Program-made: the position numbers and the translations under genes
From: Gammaproteobacteria bacterium
GTDB lineage: Bacteria; Pseudomonadota; Gammaproteobacteria; JAJPIJ01
Reading direction: 5' to 3'
Assembly (NCBI GenBank): GCA_022072255.1
Contig: JAJVHZ010000027.1
Location: 18,660-82,659 of the forward strand
Length of the DNA: 64,000 bases
Shown here: positions 1 to 8,776 of the stretch, piece after piece
How positions within the stretch are numbered: position 1 is the stretch's first letter
Layout of the letters: each line of letters starts with the position of its first letter
Notes under the pieces: model-generated
The model's input: only the letters and a program-made list of their open reading frames with translations
The model's database searches: none
Told to the model about the DNA's origin: nothing

Positions 1-89
1 TGCAACAATACCTCATTCACAACGGAAAATCACAGTTACTATGAATAATAATGAATCGTTTGATCCATCGTTGAAACTCCTCTAGGTGC

Positions 90-119
90 TTGACAACATC
101 TAGCTCGAGAATCTACCAT
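90..119 (+). promoter_or_regulatory. sigma70-like promoter of czc operon 1 (near-leaderless transcript)
   Basis: TTGACA (90-95), 18 nt, TACCAT (114-119); ATG at 128 follows 8 nt later with no SD. Confidence 0.55.
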
Positions 120-127
120 AAACTTTA

Positions 128-541
128 ATGATCCAAACAAAGACGGTCTCAAAGATAGCCAGATGGATTTTGGGTGTCTTTCTCCTGGTGGGGATGTTCT
201 GTCCTTGCCGGTGGTTCCCTCCCCATTCCCAATCGCCACATGCCATTGAGCGATTCTGTTGCCCAACCTGCGAAGACGAACAGAGGAGTGATCAGGAGGA
301 CTCCGGAAGCATCCCGGAGACGTGTGAAAGTGGCTGTTGCAGTTCCTGCCTAACCCCGGAGAGGGGGGGCAATTGGAGCCTGGATCATGCCACAACCTTT
401 CTCTCGGTTATCTGTGTTGTGCCTCTCGTTGAGTCCCTCGTTGCATTTTGTAAGCTGGCCCCATATCCCCTCCTACCTCTTGCTTCTCCTCCAATATATA
501 AAGGTTGCCCCTTCCCCAACCTGGGTTCTCTCCTGATCTGA
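128..541 (+). CDS. Cys-rich leader/upstream ORF (paralog 1 of 7)
   Basis: N-terminal hydrophobic stretch ending CPC, then CCPTCE and CESGCCSSC, Pro-rich linker, C-terminal LGSLLI; same layout as 8270-8680. Confidence 0.65.
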   Translation: MIQTKTVSKIARWILGVFLLVGMFCPCRWFPPHSQSPHAIERFCCPTCEDEQRSDQEDSGSIPETCESGCCSSCLTPERGGNWSLDHATTFLSVICVVPLVESLVAFCKLAPYPLLPLASPPIYKGCPFPNLGSLLI

Positions 542-634
542 ATCCCGCTCGTTACTTCCTCTTCATCCACAAGATAGCAGTAGTTATGACGCTTACAGGT
601 TTACCGCAATGGAAACCTGAAATAGGAGGAACAA

Positions 635-2683
635 ATGAGCAGCAATTTCAAAATCGCATTTGGAGTATCATTAGTGCTCCTGGTAATCGGTACGGCAGTG
701 ATCTTCGGTGCCCGTGATGTCAACGGATGGAACCATTTCAGTGGATTTGTTGCGAAAGCATTTGACCAGTTGTATATCGAAGCACTTGCGTCTGATCAAC
801 CCTCCACGGAGGCAACTGGAGACAGTTCTGGTGATTCAGCAGATGGAAAACCGGAGGACACCGCGGATTGGGACGTTGAATTGAGTTCAACGGTTCCCAA
901 TGTGGCGTTGCCAGAATTCGATGCAGGAAAAGTCGCGGAGTTCAAAGCCAAGGGAGATTGGTGTACCTCTCATAATGTGCCGGAGTCAATGTGCATTATG
1001 TGCAATCCAGACTTGATTCCAAGATTCAAGGGAACCGGTGATTGGTGCGCTGGTCATGGGGTTCCAGAATCGCTTTGCACTTCATGCAACCGGAAGTTGG
1101 CTGATCTGGGCATTGGATTCACTACGCCTCAAACGTCAGGGACCCATGATTCGGGCAGCCCCGAAACCCTCACGAAGGAGAAGCTTCAGGAGTTCAGGGC
1201 CAAAGGTGATTGGTGTACGGAGCACAACATCCCAGAGTCTCTCTGTACAAAATGCAATCAACAATTAGCGGCTGAATACAAGGCAAAAGGCGATTGGTGT
1301 GCGGAACACAAAGTCCCCGATTCACTTTGTCCAGACTGCAAACCGGCGATTGCTGCTCTCGGTATCGGAAGAGATTGGTGCGAGAAACACAATCTACCCG
1401 AGTCCCAGTGTGTCTTCTGCCATCCTGAACTGGCCCTTTCGAAATCACAACTGGCAATTTATGCCAATGCCGGATTGGACCTTGGTTTGTCGGGTGAAGG
1501 AATCTTGAAAAGTCTGGAGATGAGCATATCTCAGCACCTCCCGATTGCAGTGGAACCTATGGACGAACCAGACCAACGATTGGGAATCAATCCAAACTGC
1601 CATCTCCACGGCACGCAGATTCTGTTTGCATCCCCTGAGGTCGCGGGAGAAGTAGGGATCGCCGTGGTAGATGCGAAAATGGATCTCGTCACGGAGTCGT
1701 TACCCTGCTACGGGGAGGTTCAATATAACAAGAGCAGGTTTGTCTTGCTCTCCTCGAGGGCACCGGGGATCGTTGAATCTGTTCAAGGAGACCTCGGTGA
1801 TTCCGTGAAAAAGGGCCAGGTTGTAGCCATCATCGACTCGGCCGAACTGGGTGAGGCCAAAGCTGCTTTGCTTCGCGCACACTCGGAACGCAACCGTTGG
1901 AGTTGGGTTACCGAGTCCTATGAGAGTTCCAACGGGAGCGGGGCGATTTCCCGGAAAGACCTGGTCGAAGCCAAGGCCGCCTTAGCGGGGGCAAGTATCG
2001 AGGTCGATATTGCCGCTCAGAAACTTAGGAACTATGGCCTCGATGGAGAGATGCTGGAACAGATCGTTGAAAATCACAACACTTCCACCCTCCTTCCCGT
2101 AATGGCCCCATTCGATTCAACCGTGGTAGAGTTGAAAGCGGTTCCGGGTGAAGTTATCGAACGAGGTGGTCCCATCTTTGCGTTGGCCGACACATCAACG
2201 ATGTGGGCGATGTTAGACATTTTTGTGAGGGACCTCCCGAAGGTCAAGGAGGAAATGCCTGTTGTCTTTTCTCCCGACGGATTGGATGGACAAGTCTTTC
2301 ACGGGAAAGTCGATTGGATCGGTTCGCAGCTGGATGAGAAGACCCGAACTGCGAAGGTGCGTGCGATTCTACATAACCACGATGGCCAAATCCGTTCGGG
2401 TCTTTTTGGCAAGGGTGAAATCGCGCTTCACCAAAACGATGGGGTTCTTACCGTTCCGCGCGAATCTGTCCAGTGGGATGGTTGCTGCAATGTTGTGTTT
2501 GTGAAGAAGTCCGACGTGCTTTATCAACCTCGGAAGATTCGAATCGGCTATGCAACAGACGATAATTATGTCGTCGAGGCTGGCCTTATCTCAGGAGAGA
2601 GAATTGTAACAACGGGAAGTTATCTTCTCAAGACTGAAATCCTTAAGGGAAGCATCGGCGCCGGATGCACCTGCGGAGGCTAG
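635..2683 (+). CDS. czcB: HME-RND periplasmic adaptor (CzcB-like) with five N-terminal WCxxHxxPESxCxxC repeats
   Basis: SD AGGAGG; N-terminal TM segment; adaptor core (SRAPGIVESVQGDLGDSVKKG, LDEKTRTAKVR); directly upstream of czcA-type gene. Confidence 0.85.
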   Translation: MSSNFKIAFGVSLVLLVIGTAVIFGARDVNGWNHFSGFVAKAFDQLYIEALASDQPSTEATGDSSGDSADGKPEDTADWDVELSSTVPNVALPEFDAGKVAEFKAKGDWCTSHNVPESMCIMCNPDLIPRFKGTGDWCAGHGVPESLCTSCNRKLADLGIGFTTPQTSGTHDSGSPETLTKEKLQEFRAKGDWCTEHNIPESLCTKCNQQLAAEYKAKGDWCAEHKVPDSLCPDCKPAIAALGIGRDWCEKHNLPESQCVFCHPELALSKSQLAIYANAGLDLGLSGEGILKSLEMSISQHLPIAVEPMDEPDQRLGINPNCHLHGTQILFASPEVAGEVGIAVVDAKMDLVTESLPCYGEVQYNKSRFVLLSSRAPGIVESVQGDLGDSVKKGQVVAIIDSAELGEAKAALLRAHSERNRWSWVTESYESSNGSGAISRKDLVEAKAALAGASIEVDIAAQKLRNYGLDGEMLEQIVENHNTSTLLPVMAPFDSTVVELKAVPGEVIERGGPIFALADTSTMWAMLDIFVRDLPKVKEEMPVVFSPDGLDGQVFHGKVDWIGSQLDEKTRTAKVRAILHNHDGQIRSGLFGKGEIALHQNDGVLTVPRESVQWDGCCNVVFVKKSDVLYQPRKIRIGYATDDNYVVEAGLISGERIVTTGSYLLKTEILKGSIGAGCTCGG

Positions 2684-2686
2684 ACG

Positions 2687-5600
2687 ATGCTTTCACAAAT
2701 CATTGAATGGTCTCTGAACAACCGTCTCCTGGTTTTGTTTCTCAGTCTGCTGCTTGTGCTGACTGGGCTTTGGTCGCTAAAGGAACTGCCGATTGATGCT
2801 TTTCCGGACACGACTCCTGTTCAGATCCAGATCAACACGGTGACTCCGAGTCTCTCGCCGGAGGAAATCGAACAACAGGTCACTCTTCCAGTTGAATTGG
2901 CCATCTCCGGGCTGCCGGGACTGCACGTGGTCCGATCGGTTTCGAAGTTTGGATTCAGTCAAGTGATGGCAATATTTGATGACAGCATCGACATCTACTT
3001 GGCGCGCCAAGTCGTGAATGAACGGCTTCAAACGGTGCAGCTTCCAGTTGGAATACGACCACCCGAACTGGGGCCGGTCTCCACGGGGTTGGGAGAGGTA
3101 TTCCACTATGTGGTGTCCTCATCAAAACGGGATTTGACGGAGTTGAGAACGCTTCATGATTGGGTTGTCAAGCCCATTCTTCGCTCCGTTCCAGGTGTCG
3201 CCGAAATCAACTCCTGGGGTGGTTTTGTCAAGCAATACCAAGTCCTGGTCGATCCTTTGAGACTGCTGAAGTTCAATCTCGGAATGGATGATCTCAAGGA
3301 AGCCTTGGAAAACAACAATGCCACTATGGGTGGGGGCAACGTGATCCAGGCCGGTGAACAGGTGCTTGTTCATGGTGTAGGCCTGGTAACCACGATACCT
3401 CAGATCGAAAATATTGTGATCACCTCCCATGATGGAGTCCCGATTAAGGTCAGGGATGTCGCCGATGTCGAAGTGGGTCACGAAATCCGACGAGGCGCTG
3501 TCACGGCCATGGGCCAAGGCGAGGCTCTACTTGGTCTTGGGTTCATGCTCATGGGAGAGAACACTCGCATCGTAGCACAACGTCTTGAAGACCGTCTGGA
3601 GGAAGTGCGTCAAGCGCTTCCTCCAGACGTCAAGATCGATGTTGTATACAACCGCATGGACCTTGTCGATAGAGTTCTCCACACGGCCCGGAAGAACCTC
3701 TTCGAGGGCGCATTGCTTGTCATTGCGATTCTGTTTGCGCTCATGGGAAATTTACGAGCGGGCCTGATTGTCGCCCTTTCGATCCCTCTCTCAATGTTGT
3801 TTGCGTTCAATCTGATGCTTAAGGCGGGAATCGCCGGAAGCCTTCTCAGTCTTGGAGCCATCGACTTTGGTATTGTTGTGGATAGCTCTGTTATTATGGT
3901 GGAGAACTCCGTGAGGAGGATCGCCGAGAAACCTCCTGGGAGATCGTTCATCGACACCATCAAAACCGCCTCGCTCGAGGTCCGGAAGCCGACGCTCTTT
4001 GGAGAAGCAATCATCATGATCGTTTACCTTCCGATTCTGACCCTTGAAGGGGTGGAAGGGAAACTGTTCCGCCCCATGGCTCTGACCGTCATCTTCTGTC
4101 TTCTTGGCTCCTTGGTCCTTTCTCTGACCCTAATGCCAGTATTGGCCAGTTTGTTTCTACCCAAGAGGATAAAACATCGAGAGAATTTCATCCTTAGAGG
4201 GGTCAAGTTCATTTATGACCCACTTTTGAGATTGAGTATGAAAGCTCGGCCGCTTGTGCTCGGACTCTGCCTCCTTCTGCTTGCTATAACTATTAGGGTT
4301 GGAATGAACATCGGGACCGAATTCATTCCCGTACTCTCAGAAGGATCGATTGTGATCAATACTGTAAGGCTCGCGGGGGTTTCCCTTGAAGAGTCTATTC
4401 GCTATGGATCTCAAATTGAACAAACGATCCTCAGAAAGTTTCCGGATGAAGTCAATAAGGTATGGACACGCACAGGAACTCCGGAAATTACAACTGATCC
4501 CATGGGTCTGGAGGTTTCGGACATTTTTATGACGCTGAAACCCAGAGAAGAGTGGAAGAAAGCGTCTTCACAAGAAGAACTGGTTTCCGCTATGGGCACT
4601 GAACTCTCAACATTTCCAGGAATGAGGATGGTCTTTACTCAACCGATTGAAATGAGATTGGCAGAGATGACCGCAGGCGTCCGAGCCGAGCTCGGGGTCA
4701 AGGTCTTCGGGGATGATTTCCAAAAGTTGGCTTCTATTGCCCAGGAGATCGATGCATTGCTGAGGCGGATTCCTGGTGCATCGGATGTCTCAACGGAGCA
4801 ATTGACTGGGCAGCCTGTGTTTCAAGCAACGCTCGATCAGGAAGCGCTCGCACGCTATGGAATCCCTGGACGGGGAGTTCTTGAAATTATCGGATCTGTG
4901 GGAGGGCTTGAGGCCGGGGAAATTCGCGAGGGACAGAGGAGATTCGATCTCGTTGTTCGACTCAAAGAAGAATACAGAAGAAATCCTGACAGGATACGAG
5001 ATATCCTGATTCCGAACCCGAATGGGGCAAATCTCCCACTCAGTGAACTTGCCTCACTCCGATATATCGATGCGCCCTCGTCGATTCAACGGGAATGGGG
5101 AAAGCGAAGAATTACGATTCAATGCAACGTGCGAGAGCGTGATATAGGTTCTTTTGTTAAGGAAGCCAGACAGAAGATTTCGGAACAGGTGAGTCTGCCA
5201 ACGGGGTACTATATTGGTTTTGGAGGACAGTTCGAGCACATGGTAACCGCTCAGCAACGGCTAATTGTTGTTGTTCCACTTGCTCTTGGATTGATCTTCT
5301 TCCTTTTATACATGAGTTTCCATTCCGTCAGAGATGCAGTTCTCGTTTTATCGGGGATTCCCTTGGCTACCATTGGGGGAGTCTTCTCTCTGTACTGGAG
5401 AAATATTCCATTCACCATTTCTGCCGGTATCGGTTTCATCGCATTGTCCGGTATCGCTGTTTTGAATGGCCTTGTTATGGTGTCCTATATGAAGCAACTA
5501 ATGCAAGAAGGAGTCTCGCTCCAACAATCAGTTTACCAAAGCGCATTGGTCCGGCTTCGTCCAGTCCTGGCTACAGCAATCGTGGATGCAGTGGGTTTTG

Positions 5601-5764
5601 TTCCGATGGCTTTGTCCACGGACGTGGGTGCTGAGGTTCAACGTCCATTAGCAACGGTGGTGATTGGTGGGGTCATCTCCTCCACAGTTCTTACGCTATT
5701 TGTCCTGCCTGCACTATATTCCTTGTTTGGAAGAGACTTGAGTCGGGGCAAGACACAAGAATGA
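2687..5764 (+). CDS. czcA: HME-RND permease, CzcA/CusA family (CzcA-type)
   Basis: 1025 aa; IDAFPDTTPVQIQINT, GAIDFGIVVDSSVIMVEN, RLRPVLAT, EVQRPLATVVIGG. Confidence 0.92.
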   Translation: MLSQIIEWSLNNRLLVLFLSLLLVLTGLWSLKELPIDAFPDTTPVQIQINTVTPSLSPEEIEQQVTLPVELAISGLPGLHVVRSVSKFGFSQVMAIFDDSIDIYLARQVVNERLQTVQLPVGIRPPELGPVSTGLGEVFHYVVSSSKRDLTELRTLHDWVVKPILRSVPGVAEINSWGGFVKQYQVLVDPLRLLKFNLGMDDLKEALENNNATMGGGNVIQAGEQVLVHGVGLVTTIPQIENIVITSHDGVPIKVRDVADVEVGHEIRRGAVTAMGQGEALLGLGFMLMGENTRIVAQRLEDRLEEVRQALPPDVKIDVVYNRMDLVDRVLHTARKNLFEGALLVIAILFALMGNLRAGLIVALSIPLSMLFAFNLMLKAGIAGSLLSLGAIDFGIVVDSSVIMVENSVRRIAEKPPGRSFIDTIKTASLEVRKPTLFGEAIIMIVYLPILTLEGVEGKLFRPMALTVIFCLLGSLVLSLTLMPVLASLFLPKRIKHRENFILRGVKFIYDPLLRLSMKARPLVLGLCLLLLAITIRVGMNIGTEFIPVLSEGSIVINTVRLAGVSLEESIRYGSQIEQTILRKFPDEVNKVWTRTGTPEITTDPMGLEVSDIFMTLKPREEWKKASSQEELVSAMGTELSTFPGMRMVFTQPIEMRLAEMTAGVRAELGVKVFGDDFQKLASIAQEIDALLRRIPGASDVSTEQLTGQPVFQATLDQEALARYGIPGRGVLEIIGSVGGLEAGEIREGQRRFDLVVRLKEEYRRNPDRIRDILIPNPNGANLPLSELASLRYIDAPSSIQREWGKRRITIQCNVRERDIGSFVKEARQKISEQVSLPTGYYIGFGGQFEHMVTAQQRLIVVVPLALGLIFFLLYMSFHSVRDAVLVLSGIPLATIGGVFSLYWRNIPFTISAGIGFIALSGIAVLNGLVMVSYMKQLMQEGVSLQQSVYQSALVRLRPVLATAIVDAVGFVPMALSTDVGAEVQRPLATVVIGGVISSTVLTLFVLPALYSLFGRDLSRGKTQE

Positions 5765-6495
5765 AAAAGGGATTTATTGGAAGAGATAATTGTTGATACT
5801 ACAATCAAACCTGAGTAAGTGGGAGTGCGCATCCGATCACATGATCTTTGCAAGGCGGAGGTTGATTAGCTGCTATTCCTTTAATTTCCAAAGAAAACAC
5901 CGAGTCCGTGTTCGTATATGTCATAAAAGACACTCCCGAGAAGATATGGAGGGACATCATGATCGTGAGGAATCTGAATACCTATATGAACATTATTCCT
6001 ACACCGCATGCGCTGTCCACAACTCAGGTTGATTCACATTCTCATACTGATGTCAAAAATAAACCATATCCGGCTAACGGTGATACGATTGATGGGATAA
6101 CATCTAGCGAGTTGAATGGAATGATTGTGAGTTTCTTTCTTGAGTAATGCGTCGTGTTTATTACACAATTATCCGGAGACTGAAATGCGCATACTTTTAC
6201 CGAAAATAAAGGAAGTAAAGGTCGGAGGTGTTTCTAGTCGTGAGAATCTTGAAGGTCGACATGAGGTATCAGTTGACGAGTGGATGATTACAGATACATT
6301 GTTACAGCAATAGAACCTTTTGGATGGAACCAACTATGAAGTGGAGAATAGATGTTTCCGTGAGATTGACTGAAGACGTTACCCCAAACGTGGCTGATCG
6401 TTTATTTCCAATAGTGCTCACCGTATGGAATGGTAAGAAGATCTGGAGGCACTACAGATCGGTCAGTGACTGATAAGATCTGTCCGCAGGACGAC

Positions 6496-6975
6496 ATGCT
6501 CATGATCTCTCGGAGGTTATCCCTTTTCCTTTGTTTGGTTCTCCTTACTGGTCCAACCCCTGATATCTGCTGCTGTTGCCACACTGTCGATACCGAGTCC
6601 CACAAAACTTCTCCCAAGGCTTGGTTCGCTCAAACCTACACTCACCGCGACGTCTCGGGTTGTATCTGCTGTCAGATTCCCTCATCTGAACGAATGGGAT
6701 GCTGCGATTCGGGGGATTGTGTTCCATTCGACCCAACTGGTTGTAATTGCTGTGTAAGAGGACAGAACCCTGACAATCAGGGGACTCCACCCCCCAAGGC
6801 GTTGGAGAAAGGAACGAGTTCGAATCGCTTGCTGTTTCTTACAGCGATCCACTCGAACTTCAGTCGCGCTTATCTGGCCCGTGGCACCACCTCACCGCTT
6901 TTCGAGCAATCCCCTGATCCCTCCGGGTTTGCATATCACCCCCTGTTCTTACTCAATTACTCCATCCTTTGCTGA
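6496..6975 (+). CDS. Cys-rich leader/upstream ORF (paralog 2)
   Basis: Hydrophobic N-terminus, CCCCH, CICC, GCCDSGDC, CNCC; ends PLFLLNYSILC; same length (480 nt) as homolog 22383-22862. Confidence 0.7.
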   Translation: MLMISRRLSLFLCLVLLTGPTPDICCCCHTVDTESHKTSPKAWFAQTYTHRDVSGCICCQIPSSERMGCCDSGDCVPFDPTGCNCCVRGQNPDNQGTPPPKALEKGTSSNRLLFLTAIHSNFSRAYLARGTTSPLFEQSPDPSGFAYHPLFLLNYSILC

Positions 6976-7192
6976 ACCTCCTTTAGTTGAGGCCGCTCGG
7001 AAAGTCTGTCTACGCCACGAAAAGAGCTGCGCTGGATGATGATTCGCATGGCCTCACACTAATCCCAGAAACCCATTCCAACAGGATCAAATGACGTGCC
7101 CTACCGAGGCGCCCGCTCTCACCTCCCTTGTAGGCCGAGGGGCTGGCTCTCGAGTCGGGTCCGAACAAAGAGGTAACAAAGGAGGTTTCACC

Positions 7193-7852
7193 ATGAACAG
7201 CATGAAAACCGGCATGGGCCCACTACTCATGCCTCACGACACTTCAACTGAAGAAGCAGAATGGCTTGCTGATGATCCGTCGTACCTTATCCAGTCGCTG
7301 GACGCGATGCCGATCGAGATGGCGGCGTCCTGGATGTTGACCTGGTACAGGAGTGGAGACATTTGGAGGGTGGCGCTCTCTTCCCATTACTTTGCACAGT
7401 GCCGCTATCAGTCTTGGATTGAGGGGATGATTGGGGAGATACGGAGCGGCATTGACTGGCGAGTCGGTTTCGTGGTGGACCAACTTGCGAACTATGGAGA
7501 ACCAGCGGTTGAGAAAATTCTGCCACTTTTTGGCGACACCAGTTTTCGCTCTGCAGCCGTCGAAATCATTGGGAGGATGGATCTCCATGTCTTGCCCAGA
7601 ATCATCCGAGAACTCAGCAGGACATCGTGGGGAACTCGGCTGAATCTCATTAGGTCATATACCCTCAGCCAACCAGAAGCAGCTTATGGGTTGATGGTTG
7701 ATCTCCTCTACAGCGAGAGTTCGCGGGTAAGCTGCCGGGGTTCTGTCAGGAAATCATCCTCTTTATCTCCCTCTACTTGCCATTCGGAAGCAGTCGGCAA
7801 AGGGTCAGTTCAGTTCCTTTACGACGTTCCTCTCGCAGGAGGATCCCAATGA
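7193..7852 (+). CDS. hypothetical helical protein, WYRSGD family (copy 1 of 3)
   Basis: SD AAAGGAGG; motif WYRSGDIWRVALSSHYF shared with 21508-22167 and 32588-33154. Confidence 0.75.
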   Translation: MNSMKTGMGPLLMPHDTSTEEAEWLADDPSYLIQSLDAMPIEMAASWMLTWYRSGDIWRVALSSHYFAQCRYQSWIEGMIGEIRSGIDWRVGFVVDQLANYGEPAVEKILPLFGDTSFRSAAVEIIGRMDLHVLPRIIRELSRTSWGTRLNLIRSYTLSQPEAAYGLMVDLLYSESSRVSCRGSVRKSSSLSPSTCHSEAVGKGSVQFLYDVPLAGGSQ

Positions 7853-8022
7853 AACAAGGGAATCACACAGCAAGGCTCCTGATTGTCATCTCACTGGGGG
7901 TATTCCTCGTTGGATGCACATCGGCAACCGGATTTCGAAGGGGATCGGTCTCACCTGCAGCATATGACCAGAATGTCTACGGACTGGGATACGACTTCAA
8001 GCATGCGCCTCAGCCATTCTGA
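7849..8022 (+). CDS. 57-aa putative lipoprotein (copy 1)
   Basis: ATGA overlap with upstream gene; lipobox-like LVGC; C-terminal YDFKHAPQPF identical in the second copy at 21338-21511. Confidence 0.65.
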   Translation: MKQGNHTARLLIVISLGVFLVGCTSATGFRRGSVSPAAYDQNVYGLGYDFKHAPQPF

Positions 8023-8101
8023 AAGAGGTATTGCAGTGAACCAGTGGTTGGTTAGCCCAGAACGCAGCCAACCGGGAAAGTAGAACCGAGGAGAAATCGC
8101 A

Positions 8102-8233
8102 ATGAAACGGTACAAAGCGGGTCGTTCGATTACTCTCAACTTGCTTGTTGTGACGTTGACCACAGTCGCTCTGACTCTTGTCCCCAGCCAAGCGTTCGCC
8201 GGTGCCTACGTCCAGATCGGGGACAGAGATTGA
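8102..8233 (+). pseudogene. 43-aa signal-peptide-only ORF, probable truncated copy of the SGNH hydrolase gene
   Basis: Manual translation MKRYKAGRSITLNLLVVTLTTVALTLVPSQAFAGAYVQIGDRD*; N-terminus matches MKRYKTRNSITLNLLIV of 19739-21259. Confidence 0.5.
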
Positions 8234-8258
8234 CCGTGATCGCAGAATAGGATAACGT
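8230..8258 (+). promoter_or_regulatory. sigma70-like promoter of czc operon 2
   Basis: TTGACC (8230-8235), 17 nt, TAACGT (8253-8258); ATG 8270 lies 11 nt downstream. Confidence 0.55.
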
Positions 8259-8269
8259 AACTTTTAGCA

Positions 8270-8680
8270 ATGCTATCACAATCGTTCGCACATCGGCTTG
8301 CACGGTGGTTCTTCCCACTCTTCGTGGGAGGGTTCTTCCTCTGTCCATGCCGTGGCTTTGTGGACCTTCTGAAGCCAGCTGAGGCGTCTTCTGTTTCCTG
8401 CTGTGAGAATTGTGAGCGTGAGAAACAGAATCATAGAGTCCCACCAGGAAACGGCCAAGACTGTAAGTGTGCGACTGGTTGCTGCAGTCACTATTTGGTT
8501 CCAGAAAGTGGAGATTACTCCCATCCGACTCCGCCTCCTCAAGAGGTGCCGCCTTTTCTCGGGTCTTCATCCGAAAGCCCTATTCTTGCTCTCTGTGTCG
8601 AAGGAGGGGTGCCTCTCAGGTTTCTCCCGCTTTTCCATAGAGGGAGCCTCTTACCCGCCTTGAATGCCCTTCTGATCTAG
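8270..8680 (+). CDS. Cys-rich leader/upstream ORF (paralog 3)
   Basis: Hydrophobic N-terminus ending CPC; CCENCE and CKCATGCC; ends LNALLI; paralog of 128-541. Confidence 0.68.
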   Translation: MLSQSFAHRLARWFFPLFVGGFFLCPCRGFVDLLKPAEASSVSCCENCEREKQNHRVPPGNGQDCKCATGCCSHYLVPESGDYSHPTPPPQEVPPFLGSSSESPILALCVEGGVPLRFLPLFHRGSLLPALNALLI

Positions 8681-8776
8681 TCCTTTCTCCTTAGGTCTCA
8701 ACGAGATTGAGTCACAAGAAGATTTGCGTGTCTCGCATCCAAGATGCGAAGCCAAGAATCGACAAGGAGAATAAAC

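Noticed and set aside
81-120. MerR-type operator in the first promoter
   Set aside because: Spacer is 18 rather than 19-20 nt, only a weak dyad, and no merR-family gene in the window
1400-1430. CxxCH (CVFCH; also CPLCH near 9250) as heme c attachment sites
   Set aside because: They are variants of the Cys/His repeat where other copies read CxxCN or CxxCK; no cytochrome context
6072-6119. Integron attC-like site (GGCTAAC...GTTGAAT)
   Set aside because: About 48 bp is too short, the left box is imperfect, no internal palindrome is evident and there is no integron integrase
5790-6430. Small ORFs in the AT-richer spacer after czcA1
   Set aside because: No convincing RBS, no motif and no paralog in the duplicated region
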